Below are positions 54,565-64,000 of a stretch of DNA of 64,000 nucleotides, in pieces. The DNA is taken from positions 35,717 through 99,716 of the forward strand of contig CAVYOT010000008.1 in NCBI GenBank assembly GCA_963770115.1, written 5' to 3'. Under the pieces are notes generated by a model. That model did not search any database. It had not been told where the DNA came from and saw only the letters and a list, made by a program, of their open reading frames with translations. Numbering within the stretch: the first letter of the stretch is position 1; each line of letters opens with the position of its first letter. The stretch comes from an uncultured Actinomycetota bacterium (GTDB taxonomy: Bacteria; Actinomycetota; Actinomycetes; Mycobacteriales; Pseudonocardiaceae). A program made the translations under genes and the position numbers.

Positions 54565-55197
54565 TCAGGCGGCGGCTGAGCGAGCCCGCACCAGGTCGCA
54601 GAACAGGGCGTGCACGCGCAGGTCGCCAGTGAGCTCCGGGTGGAACGCCGTCGCGAGCACGGGGCCCTGGCGCACGGCCACGGGCCGCCCGGCGGCCGGG
54701 CCGGTGTCCGAGCCCGCGACGGTCAGGCGGGGCACGGTGGCGAGCACCTGCACGCCCGGCCCGGTCTCCTCCACCCAGGGGGCCCGGATGAACACCGCCC
54801 GCACAGGGCCGCCGACGAGGCCGTCGAAGCGCAGGTCGGTCTCGAACGAGTCGACCTGGCGTCCGAACGCGTTCCGCCGCACGACGACGTCGAGACCGCC
54901 GAGCTGCTGCTGGTCGGGCCGCCCGTCGAGCACCGCGCGGGCCAGCAGGATCATGCCCGCGCACGACCCGTAGGTCGGCATCCCGGCCGCGATACGCGTC
55001 CGCATCGGCTCGAGCAGGTCGAACGTCGTGAGCAGCCTGCTCATCGTGGTGGACTCGCCGCCCGGCAGCACCACCGCGTCGACGCCGTCGAGCTCGGCGG
55101 GGCGGCGCACCGGCACCGCCCGCGCACCGCACGCGGTGAGCGCGGCGACGTGCTCCCGGACGTCGCCCTGCAGGGCCAGCACTCCGATGACGGGCAT
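54565..55197 (-). CDS. pdxT: Pyridoxal 5'-phosphate synthase glutaminase subunit
   Basis: [36 protein letters not shown]. Confidence 0.96.
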   Translation of the reverse strand: MPVIGVLALQGDVREHVAALTACGARAVPVRRPAELDGVDAVVLPGGESTTMSRLLTTFDLLEPMRTRIAAGMPTYGSCAGMILLARAVLDGRPDQQQLGGLDVVVRRNAFGRQVDSFETDLRFDGLVGGPVRAVFIRAPWVEETGPGVQVLATVPRLTVAGSDTGPAAGRPVAVRQGPVLATAFHPELTGDLRVHALFCDLVRARSAAA

Positions 55198-55243
55198 ACC
55201 GCAAGGGTAGATCGCGTGTCCGGTGCAGGCGTCGCGCTCCGGC

Positions 55244-56614
55244 TCACACCGCCGAGCGCACCGCCTCCGCCACGGCGGGCGCGACCGCGGCGTCGAACAC
55301 GCTGGGCACGATGAAGCTCGGGTTGGGCTCGTGGACGACGTCGGCGATCGCGGCCGCGGCAGCGAGCAGCATCCGGTCGGTGATGTCGCGCGCCTGCGCG
55401 TCGAGCAACCCGCGGAACACGCCCGGGAAGGCGAGCACGTTGTTGATCTGGTTCGGGTAGTCCGACCGCCCGGTCGCCACCACGGCGGCGTGGTGCGTCG
55501 CGACCGCCGGGTCCACCTCGGGGTCGGGGTTGGCCAGCGCGAACACGATCGCGTCGGGCGCCATCGTGGCCAGCTCCGCCGCGCCGAAGAGATCGGGGGC
55601 GGACACGCCGATGAACACGTCGGCGCCCACGAGCGCCTCGGCCAGCGTGCCGGTCACGCCCGCGGCGTTGGTCTGCTCGGCGATCGAGGTCAGGTTGGCG
55701 TCCAGCCCGGGGCGCCCGAGGTGCACGATCCCCCCGACGTCGACGGCCAGCACGTCGCCCGGCTTGTCGGTGGCCAGCAGCCGGATGATCGCCGAACCCG
55801 CGGCGCCCACCCCGCACACCACGATCTTGCAGTCCGACAGCTGCTTGCCCACGACCCGCAGCGCGTTGCGCAGCGCGCCCAGCACGACGATCGCCGTGCC
55901 GTGCTGGTCGTCGTGGAAGACGGGGATGTCGAGCATCTCGCGCAGCCGGGCCTCGATCTCGAAGCAGCGCGGCGCGGCGATGTCCTCGAGGTTGATGCCC
56001 CCGTAGGCGGGTGCCAGGATCTGGACGGTCCGAATGATCTCCTCGGTGTCCTGGGTGTCCAGGCACACGGGCCAGGCGTCGACGCCCGCGAACCGCTTGA
56101 ACAGCGCGGCCTTGCCCTCCATCACCGGCATCGCGGCGGCCGCGCCGAGGTTGCCGAGACCGAGGACGGCCGAGCCGTCGGTCACGACGGCCACGGTGTT
56201 GCGCTTGATCGTCAGGCGGCGGGCGTCGGCCGGGTTGGCCGCGATCGCCTGGCAGACCCGCGCGACGCCGGGGGTGTAGGCGCGGGAGAGGTCGTCGCGG
56301 TTGCGGAGGCTGACCTTGGAGTGCACCTCCAGCTTGCCGCCCAGGTGCAGGAGGAACGTCCGGTCGGACACCTTGCGCACCCGGACGCCCGGCAGGGCCT
56401 CCACCGCCGCGGTGATCTCCGCGACGTGCGCCTCGCCGCGGGCGTTGCAGGAGATGTCGACGACCAGCGTGGTGGCGGTGGCCTCCACCACGTCGAACGC
56501 GGTGACGACGCCGCCGACGCGGCCGACGGCCATGGTCAGGTCGCCCGCCGCGCTGGCGGAGGCGGGCACATCGACGCGCGCGGTGATCGCGTATCCGGGA
56601 CCGGGAACGGGCAC
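55244..56614 (-). CDS. NAD-dependent malic enzyme with N-terminal ACT-like domain
   Basis: [50 protein letters not shown]. Confidence 0.93.
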   Translation of the reverse strand: MPVPGPGYAITARVDVPASASAAGDLTMAVGRVGGVVTAFDVVEATATTLVVDISCNARGEAHVAEITAAVEALPGVRVRKVSDRTFLLHLGGKLEVHSKVSLRNRDDLSRAYTPGVARVCQAIAANPADARRLTIKRNTVAVVTDGSAVLGLGNLGAAAAMPVMEGKAALFKRFAGVDAWPVCLDTQDTEEIIRTVQILAPAYGGINLEDIAAPRCFEIEARLREMLDIPVFHDDQHGTAIVVLGALRNALRVVGKQLSDCKIVVCGVGAAGSAIIRLLATDKPGDVLAVDVGGIVHLGRPGLDANLTSIAEQTNAAGVTGTLAEALVGADVFIGVSAPDLFGAAELATMAPDAIVFALANPDPEVDPAVATHHAAVVATGRSDYPNQINNVLAFPGVFRGLLDAQARDITDRMLLAAAAAIADVVHEPNPSFIVPSVFDAAVAPAVAEAVRSAV

Positions 56615-56749
56615 GGCACGAACCCTACTGCGGTGCCCGCGCAGCGCCTGCGTTCTGACCATTCCGTCCACGGGGGGTTGTGACCCCACCGTGACCGGGT
56701 GTGAGATGAACCACTGGCTTCTACGCAGTGTCGCGGAGGTGGTCGTCCC

Positions 56750-58857
56750 ATGACCGTCAGAGCAGCAAGCCGTACGGAGGCCCGTACCACGGGCGTCACG
56801 GATCCGGCGAAAGTGCGCAACGTCGTTCTCGTTGGGCCGTCGGGGGCAGGCAAGACGACCCTCGTCGAGGCCCTCCTGGCCCACACGTCCGCGATTCCCC
56901 GCGCGGGCACCGTCGTCGACGGCACCACGGTGTGCGACCACGATCCCGCCGCGGTGCGTCAGCAGCGGTCGGTCGCGCTCGCCGTCGCGCCCGTCCACCA
57001 CGAGCAACACAAGATCAACCTGATCGACACCCCCGGCTACGGAGACTTCGTCGGTGAGCTGCGGGCCGGTCTGCGCGCCGCCGATGCCGCGCTGTTCGTC
57101 ATCCCCGCCAGCGAGGGCCGCGAGGGCACGATCGACCCGGCCACCGTCGCGCAGTGGGAGGAGTGTGCCGCCGTCGGCATGCCCCGTGCCGTCGTCGTCG
57201 CCCGCTGCGACCACGCGCGGGCCGACCAGGAGGCCACGATCGACGCCTGCCAGACGAGCTTCGGCGCGGGCGTCGCCCCGCTCTACCTGCCGATCCGCGA
57301 CGGCGAGTCGATGACCGGGCTGTACGGCCTGCTCTCGCAGACCCCCGCGGGCCAGGCGCCCGCCGACGCCGAGGACGCCCGCGCCACCCTGATCGAGGGC
57401 ATCATCGAGCAGTCCGAGGACGAGTCGCTCATGGAGCGCTACCTCTCAGGCGAGGACATCGAGCTCACCACGCTGATCGACGACCTGGAGACGGCCGTCG
57501 CGCGCGGCACGTTCCACCCGGTGATCCCGGTGTGCGCCAGCAGCGGGATCGGGCTCGACGCCCTGCTGGAGGTGCTGGTCGGCGGGTTCCCGTCACCGCT
57601 GGAGCACCCGCTGCCGCTCGTGTCGGGCATCGACGGCTCCGAGCGCGACCCGTTGTCCGCCGACCTCGACGGGCCGCTCGCCGCCGAGGTGGTGCGCACC
57701 TCCGCCGACGCCTACGTCGGACGGGTGTCGCTCGTGCGGGTGTTCTCCGGCACGCTGCGGCCGGAGTCCACCGTGCACGTCAGCGGGCACCACGCGGTCG
57801 TCCCGGCGCAACGCACCTCGTCGTTCGACGACAGCGGCCACGACGCGGACGAGCGGCTGGCGCACGTCTACTCGCCGCTGGGCGCCACGCTGCGACCGAG
57901 GTCGACGCGTGCGTGGCGGGCGACATCTGCGCGCTCACCAAGCTGGGCAGCGCCGAGACCGGCGACACGGTGTCGGCGTCCGACGACCCGTTGCTGCTCT
58001 CCTGCTGGGACCTGCCCGAGCCGCTGCTCCCGGTCGCGATCACCGCACGCACCCGGGGCGACGAGGACGCGCTGGTCAAGACGCTCGCCAAGATCGTCGC
58101 GGCGGATCCGACGCTGCGCCTGGAGCGCAACCAGGAGACCCACCAGACCGTGCTGTGGTGCATGGGTGAGGCGCACGCCGACGTGGTGCTGTCCCGGCTG
58201 CGTGCGGGCGGCGCCGAGGTCGACACCGAGCCGGTGCGGGTCTCGATGCGCGAGACGATCGCGAAGCCCGCCCGGGTGACGGGCCGCCACGTCAAGCAGT
58301 CCGGCGGGCACGGCCAGTACGCCGTCTGCCACGTCGAGTTCGAGCCGCTGCCCCGTGGCTCCGGGTTCGAGTTCGAGTCCAAGGTCGTGGGCGGCGCCGT
58401 GCCGACGCAGTTCATCCCCAGCGTCGAGAAGGGCCTGCGCGCCCAGTTGGAGCGCGGTCTCTCCGACGCCAAGCACCCCGCGGTGGACCTCAAGGCCCGG
58501 CTCGTCGACGGGAAGGCGCACAGCGTCGACTCCTCCGACGCGGCGTTCCAGACCGCGGGCGCGCTCGCGCTGCGGGAGGCGGCCACGGTGTGCGGGGTGG
58601 TGCTGCTGGAGCCGGTCGACGAGGTGGAGATCCGCATTCCGGACGACTACCTCGGCGCGGTGCTCGGCGACCTGTCCGGCCGCCGCGGCCGGGTGCTGGG
58701 CACCGAGGTGGCCGGAGCGGGGCGCACGCAGGTGCGGGCCGAGGTGCCCGCCATCCAGCTGATCCGCTACGCGGTCGACCTGCGCGCGATGACCAGCGGC
58801 GCGGCGGCGTTCACCCGCCGGTTCGCCCGCTACGAGGAGGCCCCGCCGCAGCGGTAG
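56750..58857 (+). CDS. fusA2: Elongation factor G-like protein EF-G2 (frameshift near 57895)
   Basis: GPSGAGKTT, DTPGYGDF, MGEAH, VKQSGGHGQY, AHSVDSSDAAF, LLEP, GDLSGRRG. Confidence 0.92.
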
Positions 58858-58863
58858 GCGTCG

Positions 58864-58896
58864 GGGTGGGGCGGCGCCCGCGGCACCGCCCCACCC
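58864..58896 (+). terminator. GC-rich hairpin after EF-G2
   Basis: GGGTGGGGCGG ... CCGCCCCACCC, 11-bp perfect stem. Confidence 0.6.
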
Positions 58897-58899
58897 GGC

Positions 58900-58977
58900 C
58901 GGTGAGTCCCGCACCTGGACACGGTGAGTCCCGCAAACCCCCACGGTGAGTCCCGCATCTGGGCACGGTGAGTCCCG
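58900..58977. repeat. 22-bp tandem repeat family, locus 1 (3.5 copies)
   Basis: CGGTGAGTCCCGCA + 8 variable nt. Confidence 0.92.
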
Positions 58978-59120
58978 GATCCGCGTGCGGCGCGCGCGGG
59001 CACCGACATGATCACCAGCTGGGTGCGAAGGGCGACCATTCCTGGCCGGTTCGCGCCGAGCCGACGACCGCGGCATGCGCCGTCGGCGGGGTCGGATCCG
59101 CAGGTCGGCGGGGTCGCGGC

Positions 59121-60485
59121 CTACCGTTTCGCGGCGCGGGCGCGGTGGGCGGCGACGCCCGCGATCGTGCGGGCCATGACGCCGAACACGACATCGTGGG
59201 CGGGCCGCTGGGCGTACCAGTAGAGGCGGCCCGCGAGCCCGGCGGGCGTGAACAGCACGCGCTGCACGTAGCGGCTGCGGCGCGCGCCGTCCGGTTCGAC
59301 GCGCAGCTCCAGGCGTGCGGTGCCCGGCATCCTGGTCTCGGCGCGCAGCAGCAGGCGGGCGCCGTCGTCGACCTCCTCGACGCGCCACCAGTCCAACGCC
59401 GCACCCGGCTCCAGCCGGTCGGGGCGGGTGCGGCGCGCCCCGACCCCGCCGAGCACGCGGTCGACCCCACCGCGCACGGCCCAGACCCCCGGGATCGTGT
59501 ACCAGCCGTTGTCCCCGCCCAGGCCGCTGACCACCTCCCACAGCACCCGGGGCGGCGCGGCCACCCGCTCGACGTGTTCGCCGACCAACGGCGGCACGCC
59601 CCGCTGCCCCAACGCCCTGCGCACGGCCTCCGCGTACGGCGTCGGGCCGCCCGGGGGCGGACCGCCCGGTGGGTCGGCGCGGCAGACCAGATCGTGCGCC
59701 ATCGACTCCAGCAACGGGCCCGCGAGGTGGCGATCGACGGGCAGGACGGCCGCCAGCGCCCGCGCGGTCAGCCGCGGCGCGGACAGGGGGACGGGCACCA
59801 GCACGGGCCGGGGCAGGCCCGCCGCGACCGCGCACTCGGCCACCAGCTCACCGAACGTCAGCACGTCGGGGCCGCCGATGTCGAACGTGGCGTTGACCGT
59901 CGACGGCAGGTCGAGGCAGGCCACGAGGTGGTACAGCACGTCGTCGATGCCGATCGGCTGCGTGCGGTTCCACGCGCGGTCGGGAAGCGGCAGCACCGGG
60001 CCGGATTCGGCGAGGGTGCGGATCATCTCGAAGCTCGCGGAGCCCGCGCCGACGACGATCCCGGCCTGCAATACGGCGGTGGGCGCCGGTCCGTCGAGCA
60101 GGATCTCGCCGACCTCGCGGCGCGAGGCCAGGTGTGTCGAGATCCGCGCGCCGTCGGGCTGCAGACCACCGAGGTAGACGACGCGCTGGACGCGCCGGGC
60201 GGCCGCGGCGAGGGTGGCCGCGGCGCGCCGGTCGCGCTCGACGAACCGGGGGCCGTCCATGGCGTGCACGAGGTAGAACACCGCGTCGACGCCGACGCAG
60301 GCGGCGCCGACGGACGACGGGTCGTCCATGTCGCCATGCAGCGCCTCGACGCGCCCGGCCCACGGACGTCGGGCCAGCTTGGCCGTGTCGCGGACGAGGC
60401 AGCGCACGGCGTGGCCGTCGTCCAGGAGGCGGGCGACGAGCCGGGAGCCGACGTAGCCCGTAGCCCCGAGGACCAGACAGTGCAC
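59121..60485 (-). CDS. NAD(P)-binding SDR-like protein with DUF2867 domain (YbjT-like)
   Basis: VLGATGYVG, FYLVHAM, GAGSASFE, TQPI, LDWWRVE, AETRMPG, GRLYWY. Confidence 0.9.
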   Translation of the reverse strand: MHCLVLGATGYVGSRLVARLLDDGHAVRCLVRDTAKLARRPWAGRVEALHGDMDDPSSVGAACVGVDAVFYLVHAMDGPRFVERDRRAAATLAAAARRVQRVVYLGGLQPDGARISTHLASRREVGEILLDGPAPTAVLQAGIVVGAGSASFEMIRTLAESGPVLPLPDRAWNRTQPIGIDDVLYHLVACLDLPSTVNATFDIGGPDVLTFGELVAECAVAAGLPRPVLVPVPLSAPRLTARALAAVLPVDRHLAGPLLESMAHDLVCRADPPGGPPPGGPTPYAEAVRRALGQRGVPPLVGEHVERVAAPPRVLWEVVSGLGGDNGWYTIPGVWAVRGGVDRVLGGVGARRTRPDRLEPGAALDWWRVEEVDDGARLLLRAETRMPGTARLELRVEPDGARRSRYVQRVLFTPAGLAGRLYWYAQRPAHDVVFGVMARTIAGVAAHRARAAKR

Positions 60486-60511
60486 GACGACAGTCTGCCG
60501 CCTGATCGATC

Positions 60512-60820
60512 TCAGGGCAGGCCGACGAGGCGCGCCAGCGCGGTCGTGCCCGCGGCCAGGATCACCACCAGCACGAACGGCACCTTCCGCCATGCCGCCA
60601 CCGCGCCGACAACGACGCCGAGCGGCCGCGCCCACCCGGCGAAGCCGCCGTCCTGGGTGAAGGTGCTCACGGCGACGAGGGCGAGCAGCAGCGCGGTGGC
60701 GCCGAGATCCAGGTACCGCTCGACGTGCGCGGGCACGCGCACCCGGCCGCGCAGCAGCAGGCCGGTGAGCCGGATGAGGTAGGTCCCCGCGGCCAGTGCA
60801 AGCACGGCGGGCCAGGTCAT
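60512..60820 (-). CDS. azlD: AzlD-family transporter subunit
   Basis: MTWPAVLALAAGTYLIRL...; 4-nt overlap with azlC. Confidence 0.85.
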   Translation of the reverse strand: MTWPAVLALAAGTYLIRLTGLLLRGRVRVPAHVERYLDLGATALLLALVAVSTFTQDGGFAGWARPLGVVVGAVAAWRKVPFVLVVILAAGTTALARLVGLP

Positions 60821-61500
60821 GACGCGCTCCCCCGCCGTCCCGCGGCCCCGAGCCCCAGCAGGCCTGCGAGCACGGGAAGCCCGGGCGCGAGGAACGGCGT
60901 CGTCGCCACCGCGACCGCCGCCGCGGTGATGCCGACCCGGCGCGCGTCGGGACGGCTCAGCGAGGGCAGCAGCAAGGCGAGCAGGGCGGCCGGAAACGCG
61001 GCGTCGACACCGAACACCCCGGGGTCGGGGATCGTCGAGCCCGCCAGCACACCCAGTGCGGCGCCGGTGTTCCAGAAGGTGAAGAGCAGCAAGCCGCTCG
61101 TCCAGTAGGCCCGCCGCGCACGGGCGCCGCTCCCCCGCGCCCTGGCGAACGCGACCGATTCGTCGATGAGAATGTGCGCGCCGAGCACCCTGGCAGGCCA
61201 GCGGTCGCCGACGACGTTGGCGATCGCGAGCCCGAACGGCAGATGCCGCGTGTTGAGCAGCAGCGCCCCCGCGACGGCCGCAACGGGGCTCCCGCCCGCC
61301 GCAACCACTGCCACGGCGAGGAACTGGGCACCGCCCGCGAACACCAGCAACGACATCGCGATGGTCAGCACCGTCGGCACACCCGCCGCCGCGGCGAGCG
61401 CGCCGAACGACACCCCGACAACCGCCACCGCGACGGCCAGCGCGAGCGCGTCGCGCACATCGGCCCGGACATCTCCTACTGTTCGATCTGACGAACGCAC
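60817..61500 (-). CDS. azlC: AzlC-family amino acid exporter permease
   Basis: SFGALA, FAGGAQF, LNTRH, IDES, WNTG, DAAFPA. Confidence 0.9.
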   Translation of the reverse strand: MRSSDRTVGDVRADVRDALALAVAVAVVGVSFGALAAAAGVPTVLTIAMSLLVFAGGAQFLAVAVVAAGGSPVAAVAGALLLNTRHLPFGLAIANVVGDRWPARVLGAHILIDESVAFARARGSGARARRAYWTSGLLLFTFWNTGAALGVLAGSTIPDPGVFGVDAAFPAALLALLLPSLSRPDARRVGITAAAVAVATTPFLAPGLPVLAGLLGLGAAGRRGSAS

Positions 61501-61543
61501 GTCCACTACAGTGAACGCTACCGCCAGGTTCGTCAAGCCGAAC
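61481..61543. promoter_or_regulatory. Three 16-bp palindromic boxes, likely XRE operator
   Basis: GTTCG-N6-CGAAC at 61481 and 61528; GTCCAC-TACA-GTGAAC at 61501. Confidence 0.65.
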
Positions 61544-61553
61544 GAGGAGACCG

Positions 61554-62108
61554 ATGGAACGAACGGCACCGCTCGACGTGATCGCCGCGTCGCTGCGCAG
61601 AGAGCGGGAACGGCACGGCATCTCGCTCGCCGAGCTGGCCCGTCGCGCGGGCGTTGCGAAGTCCACGCTCTCGCAGCTCGAGGCGGGCGTGGGCAACCCG
61701 AGCATCGAGACGCTCTGGGCGCTGGCCGTGGCGCTCGACGTGCCGTTCAGCAGCCTCGTCGATCCGCCGGAGGAGCCGATCCAGATCATCCGTGCGGGCG
61801 AGGGCGCGGTGATCCGGTCGGAACAGGCTCCCTTCGCCGCCGTCCTGCTCTCCGCCTGCCCGCCGGGGGCGCGGCGCGACCTGCATGTCATGACGGCCGA
61901 GCCCGGCGGCGCCCGCGACGCGCAGGCGCACATCCGGGGCACCACCGAGCACGTCGTCGTCGCATCCGGGCGGTGGCGGGCCGGGCCCGTGGGTGCCGAG
62001 GTGGAGCTCGGCCCCGGCGACTACGCCCGCTTCCCCGGCGACCGCCCCCACTCCTACGAGGCGTTGGAGCCGGGCAGCTCCGCTGTGTTGGTCATGGAGC
62101 ACACGTGA
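61554..62108 (+). CDS. XRE-family HTH regulator with cupin domain
   Basis: SLAELARRAGVAKSTLSQLEAGVGNPSIETLW; cupin with DRPHSY; GAGGAG RBS. Confidence 0.92.
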   Translation: MERTAPLDVIAASLRRERERHGISLAELARRAGVAKSTLSQLEAGVGNPSIETLWALAVALDVPFSSLVDPPEEPIQIIRAGEGAVIRSEQAPFAAVLLSACPPGARRDLHVMTAEPGGARDAQAHIRGTTEHVVVASGRWRAGPVGAEVELGPGDYARFPGDRPHSYEALEPGSSAVLVMEHT

Positions 62109-63085
62109 GCTGCCCGAAGCACATGGTCTACGGGCCGTGCGGTGGTGTGACGGCCGAGGGTGGGTGCGAGGTGGACGCCGCGCTCCCGTGCCCGTTCGTC
62201 GCCGCGCCCACCGTCGGCTGGACGGGTGAGGCGCCCGCCCTGCCCGGACCCCAACCGATGCTCGACCTGCTCGCCACGCGACCGGTGGTGCTCGCTGAGC
62301 TGCCGACGGCCCCGCTCGACCGGGCCGCGCTGCTACGCAGCGCCGATCTGCTCGCCGGGTGCGTCGACGCGGTCCTCCTCGGCGACCACCCCGGCGCGCG
62401 GGTGCAGTTCCCGCCGTCCTACCGGGCGCTTCTGCTGCGTGACCGCGGTGTGGGCGTCTGGGCGGGCCTGAACTGCCGCGACCGCAACCGGGTCGCGCTC
62501 GAGGGCGAGCTCGCGGCCCTCGCCGACGCGCGCGTGGCGGCGGTGCACTGCGTCACCGGCGACCACACGGCGCTGGGCCATCGCCCCGACGCCGCGCCGG
62601 TCTTCGATCTCGACGCGACGCGCCTCGCGGCGGCCGCGCGGGCGGCGGGGTTGCTGGTGTCGGTCGCCGAGTCGCCGTGCGGGCCGCCCGCGGAGCGCCG
62701 CCCCGCGCGGCTGGCGGAGAAGGTCCGGGCGGGCGCGCAGGTCTGCATCGTCAACCACGCGGGCGGCGCGGGGCCGGTCGCCGCGTTCGTCGAGGCCGGT
62801 CCGGACATCCCCTATGTCGCCTGCGTGCCGGTCGTGCTAGGGGCGGGACAGGCCCGGCTGCTCGCGGCCTTTCCCGGGCTGGTGTTGCCGCAGGGCTTTC
62901 TCGCGGGGATCGTCGACGCCCCCGACCCCGCGGCCGCGGGCATCGCCGCCGCCGTCAGGCTCGCGGAGGAGCTGCTGGCCGTGCCCGGCGTGCGCGGCGT
63001 CGACCTCGGCGCCGTCCCGATACCCGGCGAGGAGGAGACGACCGCCCGCGCGTTGGCCACCATCGCCCGCGCCCTCCGAGGGTGA
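62105..63085 (+). CDS. Methylenetetrahydrofolate reductase-like protein with N-terminal Cys-rich MetV/MTHFR_C domain
   Basis: CPKHMVYGPCGG...CEV....CPF, then NCRDRNR, HCVTGD, LAEKVRAGA. Confidence 0.82.
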   Translation: MSCPKHMVYGPCGGVTAEGGCEVDAALPCPFVAAPTVGWTGEAPALPGPQPMLDLLATRPVVLAELPTAPLDRAALLRSADLLAGCVDAVLLGDHPGARVQFPPSYRALLLRDRGVGVWAGLNCRDRNRVALEGELAALADARVAAVHCVTGDHTALGHRPDAAPVFDLDATRLAAAARAAGLLVSVAESPCGPPAERRPARLAEKVRAGAQVCIVNHAGGAGPVAAFVEAGPDIPYVACVPVVLGAGQARLLAAFPGLVLPQGFLAGIVDAPDPAAAGIAAAVRLAEELLAVPGVRGVDLGAVPIPGEEETTARALATIARALRG

Positions 63086-63145
63086 GTCCCGCACCTGCGC
63101 ACGGTGAGTCCCGCACCTGCGCACGGTGAGTCCCGCAAACGGACA
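63080..63145. repeat. 22-bp tandem repeat family, locus 2 (3 copies)
   Basis: Same CGGTGAGTCCCGCA core; first copy contains the TGA of the MTHFR-like gene. Confidence 0.92.
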
Positions 63146-63159
63146 CGGCGACTTGTGCT

Positions 63160-63287
63160 CCCGCTGTGCTGGATGCGCCGATCGTGCGCACCGACCGTGT
63201 GCGCCAACCGCGTGCGCCGGTCACGATGGTCGTTCCGTGAGTGACGCCGGTGCGGTCACAAGGTGACGCGGAGTCAAGTACAGCGGG
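63160..63287. repeat. Possible MITE-like element with imperfect terminal inverted repeats
   Basis: CCCGCTGTGCTGGA ... TCAAGTACAGCGGG (12/14 complementary); non-coding. Confidence 0.4.
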
Positions 63288-63301
63288 GAAGCGCCGGAGG
63301 A

Positions 63302-64000
63302 TCATCGGGTGGCGCGCGAGGCGAGGAGGGCGCGCAGTTGCTCGGCGATCGCGCGCTCGGGGCGGGCGACCAGCTCGCCGTCGCGCACCACGACCCGACC
63401 CGCGACGACGACGTGCCGCGGCCGCCGCCCCGGAGACCGCCACAGCAGCCCGGCCAGCGGATCGGCGCCACCCGAATCGGCGACGCCGCTGACGTCCCAG
63501 CACACGAGGTCGGCCGCCGCGCCAGGCGTGAGAACACCCAGCTCGGGGCGTCCCAGGCCGGACGCTGACCCCGCGGTGGCCCAGCCCAGCACCTCACGCG
63601 CCGCCACCGGACGTCCGGCGAGCGGTGCCACCTGCAGCGCGAGCCGAGCGTCTGCGAGCAGGTGACCCGCGTCGTTGCTGCCGCCGCCGCTGGTCCCGAG
63701 CCCGACCGCGACCCCGGCGTCCGCCAGCGCCGCCGCGGGCGCAACTCCCCAGCCCATCGGCACGTCGCATCCTGGCGCATGGGTGACACTCGCCCCCGAG
63801 GCCGCAACGGTCGCGATCTCCTCGGGCCGCACGCCGCAGAGATGAGCGACCGTGACGTCCGGCGCGAGCCAGCCCCACTCGTCGAGCAACTCCAGCGGCC
63901 GCCGCCCGTAGCGCTGCGCGGCGACCTCGACGTCCACCTGCTCGTTCGCCTGCGTTCGACGCCGCAGCCCGTGTCGCGCCGCCACCTCGCTGAGCAGGGC
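63302..64000 (-). CDS. Amidohydrolase (8-oxoguanine deaminase / AtzB-like), 3' part
   Basis: VAHLCG, HAPG, GLGTSGGGSND, ATAGSA..LGR..LG.L.PG.AADLV, VVVAGRVVVRDG. Confidence 0.85.
   Translation of the reverse strand, partial: ALLSEVAARHGLRRRTQANEQVDVEVAAQRYGRRPLELLDEWGWLAPDVTVAHLCGVRPEEIATVAASGASVTHAPGCDVPMGWGVAPAAALADAGVAVGLGTSGGGSNDAGHLLADARLALQVAPLAGRPVAAREVLGWATAGSASGLGRPELGVLTPGAAADLVCWDVSGVADSGGADPLAGLLWRSPGRRPRHVVVAGRVVVRDGELVARPERAIAEQLRALLASRATR

Noticed and set aside
56750-58857. EF-G paralogue with altered G motifs (ARCD for NKxD) as a novelty
   Set aside because: Consistent with the known actinobacterial EF-G2/FusA2 family
58900-58977. 22-bp arrays (also at 63080) as mini-CRISPRs
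   Set aside because: The 14-bp repeat and 8-bp related spacers are far too short, and there are no cas genes
61481-61543. GTTCG/CGAAC boxes as SOS boxes
   Set aside because: Half-sites are in the opposite order and spacing (GTTCG-N6-CGAAC) to LexA boxes; the adjacent XRE regulator explains them better

Overview
High-GC actinobacterial chromosome segment, probably Pseudonocardia-like (inferred from gene content and order only). The backbone is the conserved alaS...rarA...aspS-hisS-relA-apt-secFD-yajC-ruvBAC...yebC-pdxT region. It also holds an arginine/ornithine catabolic cluster, an AlaR/AlaT-like Lrp-aminotransferase pair and a LexA-box-controlled Rv2578c-family radical SAM gene with an intein inside its CxxxCxxC motif. 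The best candidate for an undescribed system lies in an ~18 kb block between ruvC and yebC. There a Ter stress operon (terD, terA-like, HpcH/citrate-lyase-like, PRTase, StiP/PELOTA, HAD, terB) faces a second unit encoding an atypical Hsp70, a protein with two degenerate J-like domains and two FN3-like domains, a DUF475/TerC-like membrane protein and a DinB protein; a GrpE-like gene is divergent, 26 bp away. Several small palindromic or tandem repeat families occur, some apparently inserted in frame in rocD and polA or marking pseudogene breakpoints. Many conserved genes, including essential aspS, carry small indels, so most frameshifts are probably sequencing or assembly errors. No tRNA, rRNA, CRISPR array or transposase was seen.
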